A stretch of DNA of 64,000 bases from Patescibacteria group bacterium UBA2773 (GTDB taxonomy: Bacteria; Patescibacteriota; Minisyncoccia; Moranbacterales; DUUL01): positions 4,429 through 68,428 of the forward strand of contig DEIN01000014.1 in the NCBI GenBank assembly GCA_002352465.1. The letters are read 5' to 3'. Position numbers and translations under genes: made by a program. Under the pieces are notes generated by a model, which was not told the origin of the DNA, ran no database searches, and was given only the letters and a program-made list of their open reading frames with translations. Shown here piece after piece: positions 19,829-30,690 of this stretch (positions are counted from its first letter, which is position 1; each line of letters starts with the position of its first letter).

Positions 19829-19941
19829 CAATTAACTTCCTTTGATAATATTTTTTTATTTGGTATACTAAATATACTACATTTCAAAAAATAAAAAAGA
19901 AATATTCATTACTAAACTTATTAACGAAAACTCCAATAAAT

Positions 19942-20286
19942 ATGATGCGAAAACTTTTTTTAATTTTTCCAGCTTTATCACTAGCTTTATCGATAAATCA
20001 TCTAATCTTTTGGAGACTTTTCGAATCATTACTTTGGCTTTTAGCAACAATTTTAATCGCTTTGATTTTTTTCCCACTAGCCTTCAAAGCCCACGAAAAA
20101 GATGTTCCAGTTTATCAAGTTTTTGCTCCCATCCCCTTAATCCCAATTTTTTTCTCCATTTTTGCTGTTATGGATTTTCGTCAAATCAAAATTTTGACTG
20201 ATCCTCAAGCTATTATTTATGGAATATTTACCGGCATTTTGACCTTAGTAGTAGTAATGTTAATAATCGGACCTAATAAATATTAA
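19942..20286 (+). CDS. Hypothetical multi-TM membrane protein
   Basis: Hydrophobic 114-aa ORF convergent with the lutB-like gene. Confidence 0.55.
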   Translation: MMRKLFLIFPALSLALSINHLIFWRLFESLLWLLATILIALIFFPLAFKAHEKDVPVYQVFAPIPLIPIFFSIFAVMDFRQIKILTDPQAIIYGIFTGILTLVVVMLIIGPNKY

Positions 20287-20288
20287 TT

Positions 20289-21551
20289 TTAACAACAATA
20301 TAGTTTATCAGGAATTTTTTCATCACTTTTTCCGCCAAAAGGATTGCCATCCTTTTTTATTTTACCCAACATTTCTTTATTAGCCGAACTTTGGATCCTT
20401 TTTAATTCTTGTTCCTCTCTAATTTGTCTCACCATCTCTGACAAAGCAATTTTCATCGGACAATTTCGATAACAAGAATCACAAAGATTGCAATTATGAC
20501 TTCCAACTTGCTGTGCTTGCTTCAAGCCTTTTTGCACCGCTTCAAAAACGATTCCTTTCGATCCGATATAACCATCGTTTCCATATTGACTACCTTTTTG
20601 GTTGTAGACCGGACAAAAATTAATACAAGATCCGCAGTTAATGCATCTGAGAATATCACCGAAGCCTCGTTTAATCATTTCTCGTCGACCATTATCCACT
20701 AAAATTATATGAACTTCTTGTGCTCCTTGAGCGCCTTCTACTAATTGATTTTCAATATCGGCCGTTTTTGAAGGTCCAGAAATAATTGAAATATATTGAG
20801 TAATGTCTTGTCCCGTTCCAAAAATCGCCGCCGTTTGACAAAGTTTCACTGCATCTTCAACTGATTCAGTAATTTTATCAATGCCACAAAGCACAATATG
20901 TTTTTTAGGAAGTCTTGAAACCAATGAAATATTCCCTTCGTTTTCCAATAAAATCACCTGTCCTGCTTGAGTGAAAAAATTAGCACCCGTCACTCCCACC
21001 TCAGCTCTCAAAATTTTCTCTCGAATTTTTTGACAAAGATAATGAGTTAATTTTTCCGGATCAGCTTCGATGTCTTCCTTGTAAATTTGTTTAATTTTTT
21101 CAACAATCATTTCGGCCGTGATGTGAATTGCCGGCAAAACAAAATGCTCGTCCGTTTCTTTAAACATTTTCACAATGAAATCACCCAAATCAGTTTCGCT
21201 CCAATCAAATTTTTCAGCCACTTTTTTAATTTCGATTTCTCGCCCAGTATTAGTTTTAGAAGAACTGATTTTTTTATTTTTCCCAATAATTTTATTCAAA
21301 AAATTCCGCGCCTCTTTGGCGTCCATCGCTTCATAAACTTTAAATCCTCGTTTCTTAAAATTTTCTTTAGCCATTTTTAAATTTTTTTCAAAATCTTCAA
21401 ACGGTTTTTTTCGAATCGCTGTCATTTTTTCTTTATATTGATTTTCTTCAATATTTTGACTTTTAAAAAATTTCTGTCGATTTTCCAAGCTAGAATTAAC
21501 TGCTTTTTTAATCGCTATTTGATTTTCTTTTTTTAAATATTCTTTTTTCAT
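20289..21551 (-). CDS. LutB/YkgF-like LUD-domain Fe-S protein
   Basis: ETDLGDF, ENEGN, SGPSKTADIE, CINCGSCINFCPVY and CNLCDSCYRNCP. Confidence 0.88.
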   Translation of the reverse strand: MKKEYLKKENQIAIKKAVNSSLENRQKFFKSQNIEENQYKEKMTAIRKKPFEDFEKNLKMAKENFKKRGFKVYEAMDAKEARNFLNKIIGKNKKISSSKTNTGREIEIKKVAEKFDWSETDLGDFIVKMFKETDEHFVLPAIHITAEMIVEKIKQIYKEDIEADPEKLTHYLCQKIREKILRAEVGVTGANFFTQAGQVILLENEGNISLVSRLPKKHIVLCGIDKITESVEDAVKLCQTAAIFGTGQDITQYISIISGPSKTADIENQLVEGAQGAQEVHIILVDNGRREMIKRGFGDILRCINCGSCINFCPVYNQKGSQYGNDGYIGSKGIVFEAVQKGLKQAQQVGSHNCNLCDSCYRNCPMKIALSEMVRQIREEQELKRIQSSANKEMLGKIKKDGNPFGGKSDEKIPDKLYCC

Positions 21552-22120
21552 ATTTGAAAACTAATTTTAAAATTTAACTCAATTTTATTAAATTGAAAGT
21601 CTTAACCCGAACAATTTAATAATAACATTCATTAAAAAAAATCACAAAAAAAATCGCCGTTGCCTGTTTCAGACATCGACGACTTAATTCATTTTACCTC
21701 CTTTATTTTTTAAATATTTTTTTTCTCAAAAAAGTTTTAATTGAAAAATAAATTTTTGGTTCATGAAAAATATTTATAATAATGCAAAAAAGAACTAAAA
21801 CAAAAACTTCTAAAATATCATCAACAACAAAATCAAGAATCTTTTTGGTTAAAAAACCGCAATAATTATAAATATGAACTCAACAATAATCACTTTTAAC
21901 AATTTTTTCTTTTCATCTTTAATTTTTTCTCTCCAAATTGTCAAAAAACACTTTTTATTAAAATGCCTTTAAAATTAATAAATTTTTATTAGATTAATAA
22001 AATAGCAATTTTTTAGTTTTTTATCAAGATTATAATTATTTATTTTTGTTTTAAAAAGAATGAAACCCTCCAGCGTTTAGACCAAAGGGTTCACAATAAT
22101 AAAATTTAATTTAAAAAAGA

Positions 22121-22501
22121 TCAAAGATAATCCAGGATAAATCGATGTTCATCTCGAAAATCTTTTTCTTTTTTTATCAAATATTCCAACAAAGAAATTC
22201 TCCTAGAAAAATTCTTTTTCTTTTTCTTTTTTTCAATCTCCCGCCAAACAATTTTGTTCTTGGAGCAATAAGCCTCTTTCTCAGGGGCTGTAAGATTGAG
22301 AAATTTTTCGGGAATATTGCTAAGCGGAAATTCCTTTTTAGCCAACCATACTAAATCCAAAACGTAGATGGTATGAAAACGACCACTAACTACTTGGTCC
22401 TTAAAACGATAAGTGAAAAAATCCCCTTCATTTTTTCTACCATTTCTAAACAATAATTTTCTCTCAATGGCTCTTTTCTTAAATTTTTCAAAATCATTCA
22501 T
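22121..22501 (-). CDS. Hypothetical basic protein
   Basis: SD GGGAGG upstream; hairpin at ~22063-22091 downstream. Confidence 0.6.
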   Translation of the reverse strand: MNDFEKFKKRAIERKLLFRNGRKNEGDFFTYRFKDQVVSGRFHTIYVLDLVWLAKKEFPLSNIPEKFLNLTAPEKEAYCSKNKIVWREIEKKKKKKNFSRRISLLEYLIKKEKDFRDEHRFILDYL

Positions 22502-22704
22502 ACATCAACGCCTCCCACGTTTTTGTATTGTTAATCTTATCTATCAATCCTAACTATTAAAATTGACTTGAAAAATATAGCACGAAACAACACTTTTGAC
22601 AAGCAAATTTTAAAATAAATTGTTAGATTTAAATTAGATGCTATAATTAAACATAGAATTATTTAAATAAAAATTAAAATATTATTTTTCATACTACTAA
22701 TTGA

Positions 22705-23310
22705 ATGCACAAAAAATTTTATTCCAAAAAAATAAAATCCATAGACTTAATAAAACATAAAACTAAAAGTAATGTTTTAATTAAATTTTCTTTGGTATTT
22801 TTTGTATTTTTAGCTTATTTCATTTTTATCGCTAAAAAATACGGAATTCAAGAAGGATTTTTAGTAACTGTTTTATCTTGGTCATTTTTTGTTCTTTGCA
22901 CTCCAATCGCCGATGCTGGATTTTTAATTGATTTTCCATTGAGGCTGATTACAAAACTGAAAATGCTAATAACCGAAATTTTAGTCTGGTTAATCGCCAT
23001 TGCTTTCAATTTTTATGCCTTTTTTCTAAATCCAATCGTTTATGAAAAAACTAAACTATTAAAACTTTTTAAACACATTCTCGAAAAACCTTGGCCTTTT
23101 TGGATTATTATTCTAATTTCAATGATTGGCACTTTTATTTCAATTAATTTCGGCGATGAATTGTTAGATAAAATAAATCACCAAGACCGAAAATTTTATC
23201 ACCGACACAAAATCAAACATCGATTTTTGATAATGTTTTTCATGATAATAATTTCCATTATTTTCTATGATTTTCTGCTAAAAAAACTAGGAATAAATTT
23301 ATCAATTTAA
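22705..23310 (+). CDS. Hypothetical integral membrane protein
   Basis: About 5 TM helices; WSFFVLCTPIADAGFLIDFP. Confidence 0.75.
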   Translation: MHKKFYSKKIKSIDLIKHKTKSNVLIKFSLVFFVFLAYFIFIAKKYGIQEGFLVTVLSWSFFVLCTPIADAGFLIDFPLRLITKLKMLITEILVWLIAIAFNFYAFFLNPIVYEKTKLLKLFKHILEKPWPFWIIILISMIGTFISINFGDELLDKINHQDRKFYHRHKIKHRFLIMFFMIIISIIFYDFLLKKLGINLSI

Positions 23311-23321
23311 AAAAATCTTCA

Positions 23322-24038
23322 ATGGGATTAGTAGACAAATTAAAAGCAACTTATAATAAAAATCAAAATATTAATAATTTTGATAATAGCTGGACACGAC
23401 AATTCATCAAAAATAATTCAGAAAAAACTGCAGTATTTTTTTGTGGCTGGAGGACCGACAAAAAACTTCATAAAAAGGTTTTTAAACAATTTCCTCACCA
23501 CAATCATCTTATTTATACACTACCGAACTCGTTGATTTGTAGCGATTTAAAATTAATGGAAAAATCTTGGAAAAAGATTGCAAACTCTATTGAGAATGAT
23601 ATTAAAAATTTCAAAATTGAGATAATCTATGGTTTGAGTCTCGGCACTTCTTTGGCTTTGTATTGTGCTAATCGGTGTAAAAATGCAAAAAAAGTTTTTC
23701 TAGGTTTTCCGGGAGATAAAATTGCACCTTGCGTCTGGGAAGGTTCACTGACAAAAGATATCGCCCAACAAATTGAACAAGAGGAAAAATACACTTATGA
23801 TGATTATAGCAATTTCTTCAAACCCTATGATCATATTAACAATTTATCTAATCTGCAAGGCGCAAAAATCAAAATCTATCTAGCAAAATCAGATGATGCC
23901 GTGCCTTATTACAGGGGAAAAAAATTAATCAAAAAAATGCATAGTATGAAATTAAGCCCTACTGTTAAAAAAACTTTTTTAGGTCATGCCCTAGGAATTA
24001 TTAAAAGTATTATTTTTACTAATTGGCTAACTAAATAA
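23322..24038 (+). CDS. Alpha/beta hydrolase-fold protein
   Basis: GLSLG nucleophile elbow, D in DDAVP, H in LGH. Confidence 0.75.
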   Translation: MGLVDKLKATYNKNQNINNFDNSWTRQFIKNNSEKTAVFFCGWRTDKKLHKKVFKQFPHHNHLIYTLPNSLICSDLKLMEKSWKKIANSIENDIKNFKIEIIYGLSLGTSLALYCANRCKNAKKVFLGFPGDKIAPCVWEGSLTKDIAQQIEQEEKYTYDDYSNFFKPYDHINNLSNLQGAKIKIYLAKSDDAVPYYRGKKLIKKMHSMKLSPTVKKTFLGHALGIIKSIIFTNWLTK

Positions 24039-24042
24039 ATCT

Positions 24043-24786
24043 CTACTTGAGATAATATTTTAGAGTATAGATCCAATCTTCGTCTGTACCCTCAGCTTCT
24101 TTAGTTTTTTTCAACCAATTTAAATATTGTCGATCTTTTTGAACAATGTCTTCAACTTTTTCCCCAATATATTTTCCAAAAGCAAATTTTTTAATTAGTA
24201 CTGGATTGTTGGAAATATCAATCATTCTTTGAACAATTTTCTCTTCTGTGGCTTTCGAAGCTTTTTCTTGGGCAGTCTTCATTAAATGATCGAAAACCGC
24301 TTCCAAGACGATTACATCCCCGTCAGCACTGTGTGGATCGACTTCAACTTCAACTTCATAATAATAGCGCAAAAATTGCAAATTATATTCCGGAATTTCC
24401 TGTTCTGAATCTAAATATCGAGCCAATCGCAAAGTGCAAATAAAATCAGAAATTTTGAAACCCTCATTTTCCAACATCGCAATATCAAATTTAGCGTTGT
24501 GAGCCACCAAAATATTCTCGCTCAAAACTTTTTCTAAAGTTTTAGCAAACGCACTTCCCTGAAAAACCTTCTCTTTTTCCACCATTTTATTGGTAATATG
24601 AGTGATGCTCATTGCTTTAACTGAAACTGGAATAGTTGGTTTAAAATTTTGCACTATCATTTTTCCTTCATCCTTTTTCGTTTTAAAAAAAACAGATCTT
24701 TTTTTATAAGCCACCTGACACAATCGGTCTTTCACCAAATCATTCCCCGTAGTCTCCGTATCCAAAAAAATTAATTTCTTTTTCAT
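24043..24786 (-). CDS. DEDDh 3'-5' exonuclease (ExoX/DnaQ-like)
   Basis: FLDTETTG, VAHNAKFD, HSADGD and C-terminal FGKYIG. Confidence 0.9.
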   Translation of the reverse strand: MKKKLIFLDTETTGNDLVKDRLCQVAYKKRSVFFKTKKDEGKMIVQNFKPTIPVSVKAMSITHITNKMVEKEKVFQGSAFAKTLEKVLSENILVAHNAKFDIAMLENEGFKISDFICTLRLARYLDSEQEIPEYNLQFLRYYYEVEVEVDPHSADGDVIVLEAVFDHLMKTAQEKASKATEEKIVQRMIDISNNPVLIKKFAFGKYIGEKVEDIVQKDRQYLNWLKKTKEAEGTDEDWIYTLKYYLK

Positions 24787-24909
24787 ATTATTTTTAATTA
24801 ACATTAATAAATTCAATATTCTAAGTATACAATAATAAAAAATTTAAAACAAAAACGGAGTTTGAAAATTATCTTCAAACCCCGCTAAAATTTTTTGCCT
24901 TAAAAATTT

Positions 24910-25329
24910 TTATCCAAGAGGACGAACGCGAAGAATCCCGCTTCGAAAAAAAGCGATTTCTTCATTTCGCGTCCTTGCTAATTTAAAAATCACAAAAATT
25001 TTTCCGTCTCTCTTTTTAATCTTTATCTTTATTTCAGGATAAGTTTGTATCTTTTCGCCATCTTCAGTTACTAATGAAGGAAAAAAGGTTAAGCCTTCTC
25101 CCCAATCATTTTCATAACCGATTAAAGCCTCAAAATAATAACTGCAGTCGGTCGGATCATCCGTCCGACATTTTTTGACAACATGCTCGTCAGTTAAACT
25201 TGTCGGCAATAAATAATTAAATTGCCGATTGTTTTTTGAATCTAAAACAGACCCATTAACGATTAAAAATCCAACAACAGAAAAAATAATCGCTACTGCC
25301 ACTATAAATATAATACCAGCTATTTTCAT
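24910..25329 (-). CDS. Hypothetical membrane-anchored protein
   Basis: SD GGGAGG; N-terminal TM helix. Confidence 0.6.
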   Translation of the reverse strand: MKIAGIIFIVAVAIIFSVVGFLIVNGSVLDSKNNRQFNYLLPTSLTDEHVVKKCRTDDPTDCSYYFEALIGYENDWGEGLTFFPSLVTEDGEKIQTYPEIKIKIKKRDGKIFVIFKLARTRNEEIAFFRSGILRVRPLG

Positions 25330-25588
25330 CTTACCCTCCCGAAAAGTTGTAATTAAAAAATTAAAACAAAAAAAGTACAGACCAAAACTATACTACAAAA
25401 AATCAATTTTGTCCAGTGAATTTTTAAATAAATATTAATAAATTAATTTATTGAATGGATATTGTTTATTGAACATTAGATATTTTAAACTAAAAATAGC
25501 CTTTAGTACAAAGCGTACCTCTCCCCTCTTGCTTAAATCTTAAAAATATTGTATCATAGTTAGAATTGTTATTAAATAACTGTTTTTA

Positions 25589-26872
25589 ATGAATAAAGGT
25601 AAAGAACCCCATTTTTTTGATATCGCCGTAATCGGCGGAGGCGCTGCTGGAATGATGGCAGCTTTTTGGGCTTCTGAAAAAGGCGCCCGAGTAGTACTAC
25701 TTGATAAAAACGATGAACTCGGACGAAAAGTTTCGATGACTGGCAAGGGTCGTTGCAATATTACTCAAGAAAATTTTACCAAAGAAAATTTAACTGAAGC
25801 TCTTGGGAAAAAAGGACGATTTCTATTTTCAACTTTCAATAGATTTGATGTCAAAAAAACTAAAGAATTTTTCAAAAAAACTGGCATTGAATTGAAGACC
25901 GAACGAGGCGGACGAGTTTTTCCCCAATCTGATAGCGCCGAAGAAGTAATTGCCGTCTTCAAAAGAAAATTAATCGAGAACGGAGTTGTTTTGATGAAAA
26001 AAACCAAACCACTTTCTTTCGAAACAAAAGGAAATATTATCAAAAAAATAATTACTCGAAAAAGAGAAATTTCAGCCAATCAATTCATTTTTTGCACCGG
26101 AGGAAAATCCTATCCAACCACTGGTTCAACTGGAGACGGCTATCAATGGGCCAAAAATTTTGGTCATAAAATCGTCAAACCCGTTCCAGCCCTCTCTCCC
26201 ATCAAGACCATCAACAAATGGGCTGAGCAACTTCAAGGAGTTTCTTTGAAAAACGTGGAATTAAGCGTTTTTCAAGATAACAAAAAACAGCTGGGTCGTT
26301 TTGGCGAAATGTTGTTTACTCATTATGGAATTAGTGGACCAATCGTTTTGGACGCCAGCAAAGAAATTGGAGACTTACTCAAAAAAGGACGAGTAAAAAT
26401 TTCCATCGACTTGAAACCAGCTCTCGATTTCAAAGAACTAGATCAACGAGTACAAAAAGATTTTCAAAAATATCAAGGACGAAAATTCATTAATGCCCTC
26501 GATGATTTGCTTCCTCACAAAATGATTCCAACTATGATCGAAATTTCTAAAATCGACTCCGAAAAAAAAGTTGGGGAAATTTCCAAAGAAGACCGAAAAC
26601 GTTTTGTTTCTTTATTAAAAAATTTAGTCTTAAATGTTGATGAATTAGTGGGCTTCGATAATGCCATTGTCACTTCTGGTGGAGTTGAGCTAGGAGAAAT
26701 TGACCAAAAAACTATGAAATCAAAATTAATTGAAAATCTTTATTTCGCCGGTGAAATTATTGATCTTGATGGTCCAACTGGAGGATATAATCTTCAAATT
26801 TGCTGGACAACCGGCTACATCGCTGGAAACAGCGTCGCTGAAGTTATTAATCAAAAAAAATACGGGAAATAA
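25589..26872 (+). CDS. HI0933/YhiN family flavoprotein
   Basis: GGGAAG, TGKGRCNIT, TGGKSYPTTGSTGDG, FTHYGISGP and GPTGGYNLQ. Confidence 0.93.
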   Translation: MNKGKEPHFFDIAVIGGGAAGMMAAFWASEKGARVVLLDKNDELGRKVSMTGKGRCNITQENFTKENLTEALGKKGRFLFSTFNRFDVKKTKEFFKKTGIELKTERGGRVFPQSDSAEEVIAVFKRKLIENGVVLMKKTKPLSFETKGNIIKKIITRKREISANQFIFCTGGKSYPTTGSTGDGYQWAKNFGHKIVKPVPALSPIKTINKWAEQLQGVSLKNVELSVFQDNKKQLGRFGEMLFTHYGISGPIVLDASKEIGDLLKKGRVKISIDLKPALDFKELDQRVQKDFQKYQGRKFINALDDLLPHKMIPTMIEISKIDSEKKVGEISKEDRKRFVSLLKNLVLNVDELVGFDNAIVTSGGVELGEIDQKTMKSKLIENLYFAGEIIDLDGPTGGYNLQICWTTGYIAGNSVAEVINQKKYGK

Positions 26873-26948
26873 AAATTATTTAAAATATTTTTTACTATCA
26901 AAAAATACCTAATTTAATTAGGTATTTTTATTTATTCCAAAAATTTTT

Positions 26949-27605
26949 TTAACTATTTCCTTCCCATTCCGCGCTAAATTCCTTCAAATAATCTTCAATA
27001 AATTTATGTCGATGTTTGGCGATTTTTTTAGCAGTTTCGGTGTTCATTAACTCTTTCAATAATAAAATTTTTTCGTGAAAATGATTAACAGCGCTAGTTT
27101 CACTTTGACGATATTTTTTAGAACTTTTATATTTACTTATTTTTTCAGCTGGATTGTAAATCTTACGACCTCGAGCCCCTCCGTAATCAAAAACTCTAGC
27201 AATTCCAATAGCTCCCAACGCGTCTAAGCGGTCCGCATCTTGGACTACTTGTCCTTCTAGAATTTGAACACGCTTACCATCAAAAGTTTTTCTAAAAGAA
27301 AGATTATCAATAATTTCTACAATATGTTCAATTTCTTTCAAAGAAATACCAACCAAATTATTTAAATAATCTTTAACAAATTTCATACCCTTCTCATCTG
27401 AACCATCATTCAATTTATAATCCGCCAAATCGTGCAATAAAGCAGCCATTTCAATCACGAATTGATCCACTTGTTCTTCTTTCCCAATCCGTTTTGCCAT
27501 CTCCCAAACTCGAAAAGTATGCCACCAGTCGTGACTTCCTTCGGCTTTTTCTAAAAAATTTCGCGCAAATTCAGCAGTTTCATTTACAATTTTTTGTTTA
27601 TTCAT
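26949..27605 (-). CDS. HD-domain phosphohydrolase
   Basis: HDWWHTFRV, LLHD and VQDADRLDALGAIGIAR. Confidence 0.9.
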   Translation of the reverse strand: MNKQKIVNETAEFARNFLEKAEGSHDWWHTFRVWEMAKRIGKEEQVDQFVIEMAALLHDLADYKLNDGSDEKGMKFVKDYLNNLVGISLKEIEHIVEIIDNLSFRKTFDGKRVQILEGQVVQDADRLDALGAIGIARVFDYGGARGRKIYNPAEKISKYKSSKKYRQSETSAVNHFHEKILLLKELMNTETAKKIAKHRHKFIEDYLKEFSAEWEGNS

Positions 27606-27620
27606 AAAAATAATTATTTT

Positions 27621-28118
27621 TTATTCTCCACATTTTCTGACCTCTTCTAAAGATTTATGATGAAATTTTACGCAGAATCCATCATACTTGATTTTAATAT
27701 CGGGATTGGTTGGTTTCGAAATATCACCTAAATCAAACTTTACAGCAGGATATTTTTTCATAAAATCTTCAAAATTATCTTTAATCACAAATTCTGCGTG
27801 CTCCCAGCCATTCAAAAACGAACTTTCCTTTTTGGGCGCCGGTAATTCTATGAAATAAATTTCTCTATTATCAACGATTATTGGACTACTCAGTTTATAC
27901 AAGGCAATTGGTCTTCCAGCAATTTCAACTTCACTAATAAATCTACCGATTTCAAATAGTTTTTCTTTAAAATAAGAATAATCTTCTCTCGTTTCAGTTC
28001 TAAAACATAAATGATCAAGTTCTAAATCAGAGACCTTAATTCCATCTTTTTTTAATGCTTCAATTATTTTTCTTACAAAATCTTTAGCATCTTCTAATAA
28101 ATTTTCAATTTTTATCAT
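27621..28118 (-). CDS. YecM-like VOC family protein
   Basis: DHLCFR, GRPI, ELPAPK, GWEHAEFV and VKFH. Confidence 0.85.
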   Translation of the reverse strand: MIKIENLLEDAKDFVRKIIEALKKDGIKVSDLELDHLCFRTETREDYSYFKEKLFEIGRFISEVEIAGRPIALYKLSSPIIVDNREIYFIELPAPKKESSFLNGWEHAEFVIKDNFEDFMKKYPAVKFDLGDISKPTNPDIKIKYDGFCVKFHHKSLEEVRKCGE

Positions 28119-28130
28119 TCTAATTTGTTA

Positions 28131-28703
28131 TTAAATATCATAAACTTTATATTCAGTTTCTTTTAATAAGACTAATTCTTGACCTTCATTGTTTTTCAAT
28201 TTTTCTAAAATTTTCTCATCCACAGGAGCGTAAATTTCCGATTGATAATGCGTAATTAAATTGATTGGAATAATTCCCAAACCTTTGTGTCTTTTACTGT
28301 AATCTTGATCGTAAAAATTCTCCACTAAAAATAAAGCACCGGCTGAAGAGCCAGAAACAGTTTTCTCCTTTAAACTATTTTTAAATTCAAGATAATTATC
28401 CATAACGCCCAAAAGCAACAAAGTATTTCCGCCTCGAAAATGAACCGCCTCCGCCCATTCAAGCTGACTCCTAAAATCTTTTTTATTCGCTAATTCAAAT
28501 TTCAAATCAGATCGTCCTGTATTATCAATAAAATTCTTTTTAACCCACTTATATTCCTCCTCCCAACGACTCTCTTCAATCGAGAAAAGACAAACCAAAA
28601 TTTTTGGATTTTTTGACAAATCTTTCAAAACTTCCCGATGAAATTTTTTATTATTTTCGTTTCGAATACTTGTCATCCCACCATGCAAAATAAATTTGGT
28701 CAT
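28131..28703 (-). CDS. Peptidase S51 / class I glutamine amidotransferase-like protein
   Basis: FRGGNT, GSSAGA and THY. Confidence 0.85.
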   Translation of the reverse strand: MTKFILHGGMTSIRNENNKKFHREVLKDLSKNPKILVCLFSIEESRWEEEYKWVKKNFIDNTGRSDLKFELANKKDFRSQLEWAEAVHFRGGNTLLLLGVMDNYLEFKNSLKEKTVSGSSAGALFLVENFYDQDYSKRHKGLGIIPINLITHYQSEIYAPVDEKILEKLKNNEGQELVLLKETEYKVYDI

Positions 28704-29263
28704 AATTGAATATTAATTATTTTATATTCACCTTCTTTTAATAAAATTAATTTACCTGGATAATCATCAAGAATTTTGATTTCTCCTGCTTTGTCTCCTT
28801 CATAATGACAATTAGTCTTAATTGGCAAAATTCCCAATCCCTCATAAATGATTCCTCGACTAACCGAAAAAGAATAATTAGCTAAAAAATAAACTCCAGC
28901 TGAAGATCCTGCTACTAGATTCTTTTTCAAAAGTTCTTCTTTAAAATTAGGATATTTTTTAATTTGGTTCAAAAGCGAATAAGTGTCTCCTCCTCGAAAA
29001 TAAACTCCATCCGCCCACTTCAGCTCATCAATAAAATTTTCCTTACTAGCAATTTTCAAGTCTATCTCCTTTTCTCCTGACAATTCTTGAAAATATTCTT
29101 TATAAACTAAATGTTTTTCCAAAACCAGCTCGTCCTCCACGGCAAAATAAACCAGTAAGACTTTGGCTTTTGCTGGTAAATTTTTAATAAATTCTCTAAA
29201 AAATTTATCATGCTTTTCATTGCGTTGCGTTTCTCCTCCACCATGCAAAATAAATTTGGTCAT
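28700..29263 (-). CDS. Peptidase S51 / class I glutamine amidotransferase-like protein (paralog)
   Basis: FRGGDT, GSSAGV and CHY. Confidence 0.85.
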   Translation of the reverse strand: MTKFILHGGGETQRNEKHDKFFREFIKNLPAKAKVLLVYFAVEDELVLEKHLVYKEYFQELSGEKEIDLKIASKENFIDELKWADGVYFRGGDTYSLLNQIKKYPNFKEELLKKNLVAGSSAGVYFLANYSFSVSRGIIYEGLGILPIKTNCHYEGDKAGEIKILDDYPGKLILLKEGEYKIINIQL

Positions 29264-29279
29264 AATTGAAAAATAAAAC

Positions 29280-30539
29280 TTATTGTATTGGCGTCAGTGT
29301 TTGATCAGGAACAGAAGTTGGGATTGAAGCTGGAATTTGATTTTGAAAACGTGGAACTTGAATATTATTATTTTGATTTTTTTCCAAAACCACCGTGACA
29401 GTATCGCACGCTAAACCAGCTAAATGTTCACTCCAATTACCAGAACCTCCATAATAATCATAACTATAACTACCATATTTATTTTCCGTCAAAGTCTCAT
29501 CCGACGTCAAAGAAAAATTAGCACAAAGCTCAAATTTACCTTCCCGAATTGTTCCTGAGGTTTTTGAAGCTGTAATCACCCTGTAGGTATAAGCCAGCTT
29601 GGTTTCTGGATCTTTTTTGTTAACACAATATGAATAACTAGAATTTTTTTGAAGTTCCTCCAAGGAAGCTGGTAATTTATTGAAATCCTCGGCATAATTT
29701 TCTATACAATTAGCCAAACTCGAAAGATCTTTGACCCTTTGACTATCAAAACCTCGTTTTCTTTCAGTTGCAGAAGATCCTCCAGCAAAAAATCCCAAAA
29801 TAATTCCGACAATAACAATCCCCGAAACCACCAAGCCAAAATATTTAAAAACATTCGACGAAGCCAAACTTCGATATTGAATTTGCTTTCGTTCCAGAAA
29901 ATAAAAACCAAAAATAATTCCTGAAATCACAAAGATAATCAACGCTTTCAAGAAAAATCTAGCACTCAATTCTCCTTGCAAAAAAGTAAAAACTGTCGCA
30001 ATCAAATCCCCAATAATCGTGATTGAAACCACCAGCAAAACCAAATATGTCAACCATTTAGTCAATCTTGTTTCAGTCTTTCCTTCGTCCCTAGAAAAAC
30101 TTCGAAACCATAAACACATTGAAACATAATAAATCGGAAAAGCAATAATCAAAGCGGCAATTGAATAATGGATGGCATCCGTCGACATTTTATTGGAGTA
30201 AGAACTGTAAGAACCAATAGCGAGAGCATCCGGAAAATACTTATTGATAATTTGATAAAAAAGCGTGCCCAAAGCAGTCGCGACAATTCCTAAAAGAACA
30301 AAGGAAAATAAATTAAGCACAATTTCAACTGTCGATGATTTTTTGCCGAAAGTTGATTGCATTGCGTCGCTAGGAACAGGCGTTCCCAATTCAATCAGTG
30401 CCTTACTATAAACAGCATCAATTTGACTGTCAGACCAACCGACTGCCGACAATTGTTCTTTAATTTGAGTTTTGGTTGCACCCGTTTTAATCAACTTAAT
30501 TACATACTCCGAAAAAGAATCTTTCTCTAACTTTTCCAT
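29280..30539 (-). CDS. Multi-TM protein (DUF5671-like) with extracytoplasmic C-terminal domain
   Basis: About 5 TM helices, then LPASLEEL, DPETK..YTY and FELCANF. Confidence 0.7.
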   Translation of the reverse strand: MEKLEKDSFSEYVIKLIKTGATKTQIKEQLSAVGWSDSQIDAVYSKALIELGTPVPSDAMQSTFGKKSSTVEIVLNLFSFVLLGIVATALGTLFYQIINKYFPDALAIGSYSSYSNKMSTDAIHYSIAALIIAFPIYYVSMCLWFRSFSRDEGKTETRLTKWLTYLVLLVVSITIIGDLIATVFTFLQGELSARFFLKALIIFVISGIIFGFYFLERKQIQYRSLASSNVFKYFGLVVSGIVIVGIILGFFAGGSSATERKRGFDSQRVKDLSSLANCIENYAEDFNKLPASLEELQKNSSYSYCVNKKDPETKLAYTYRVITASKTSGTIREGKFELCANFSLTSDETLTENKYGSYSYDYYGGSGNWSEHLAGLACDTVTVVLEKNQNNNIQVPRFQNQIPASIPTSVPDQTLTPIQ

Positions 30540-30690
30540 ATTTTTGTATTATTAATTATTTACCTCAATTATATCGCAAAAATAGATTTTGAAAATCCCA
30601 AAAATTTTAATAGCGACAAAACCTATCTTTTATGCTATAATATTGCAAAATAGATTAACAGTTCCATTAAATAGAAAGGAGGTGTTTTTT

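Noticed and set aside
21700-21920. Possible remnant of a small membrane gene on the minus strand
   Set aside because: Needs several frameshifts in homopolymer runs and cannot be told apart from AT-rich noise.
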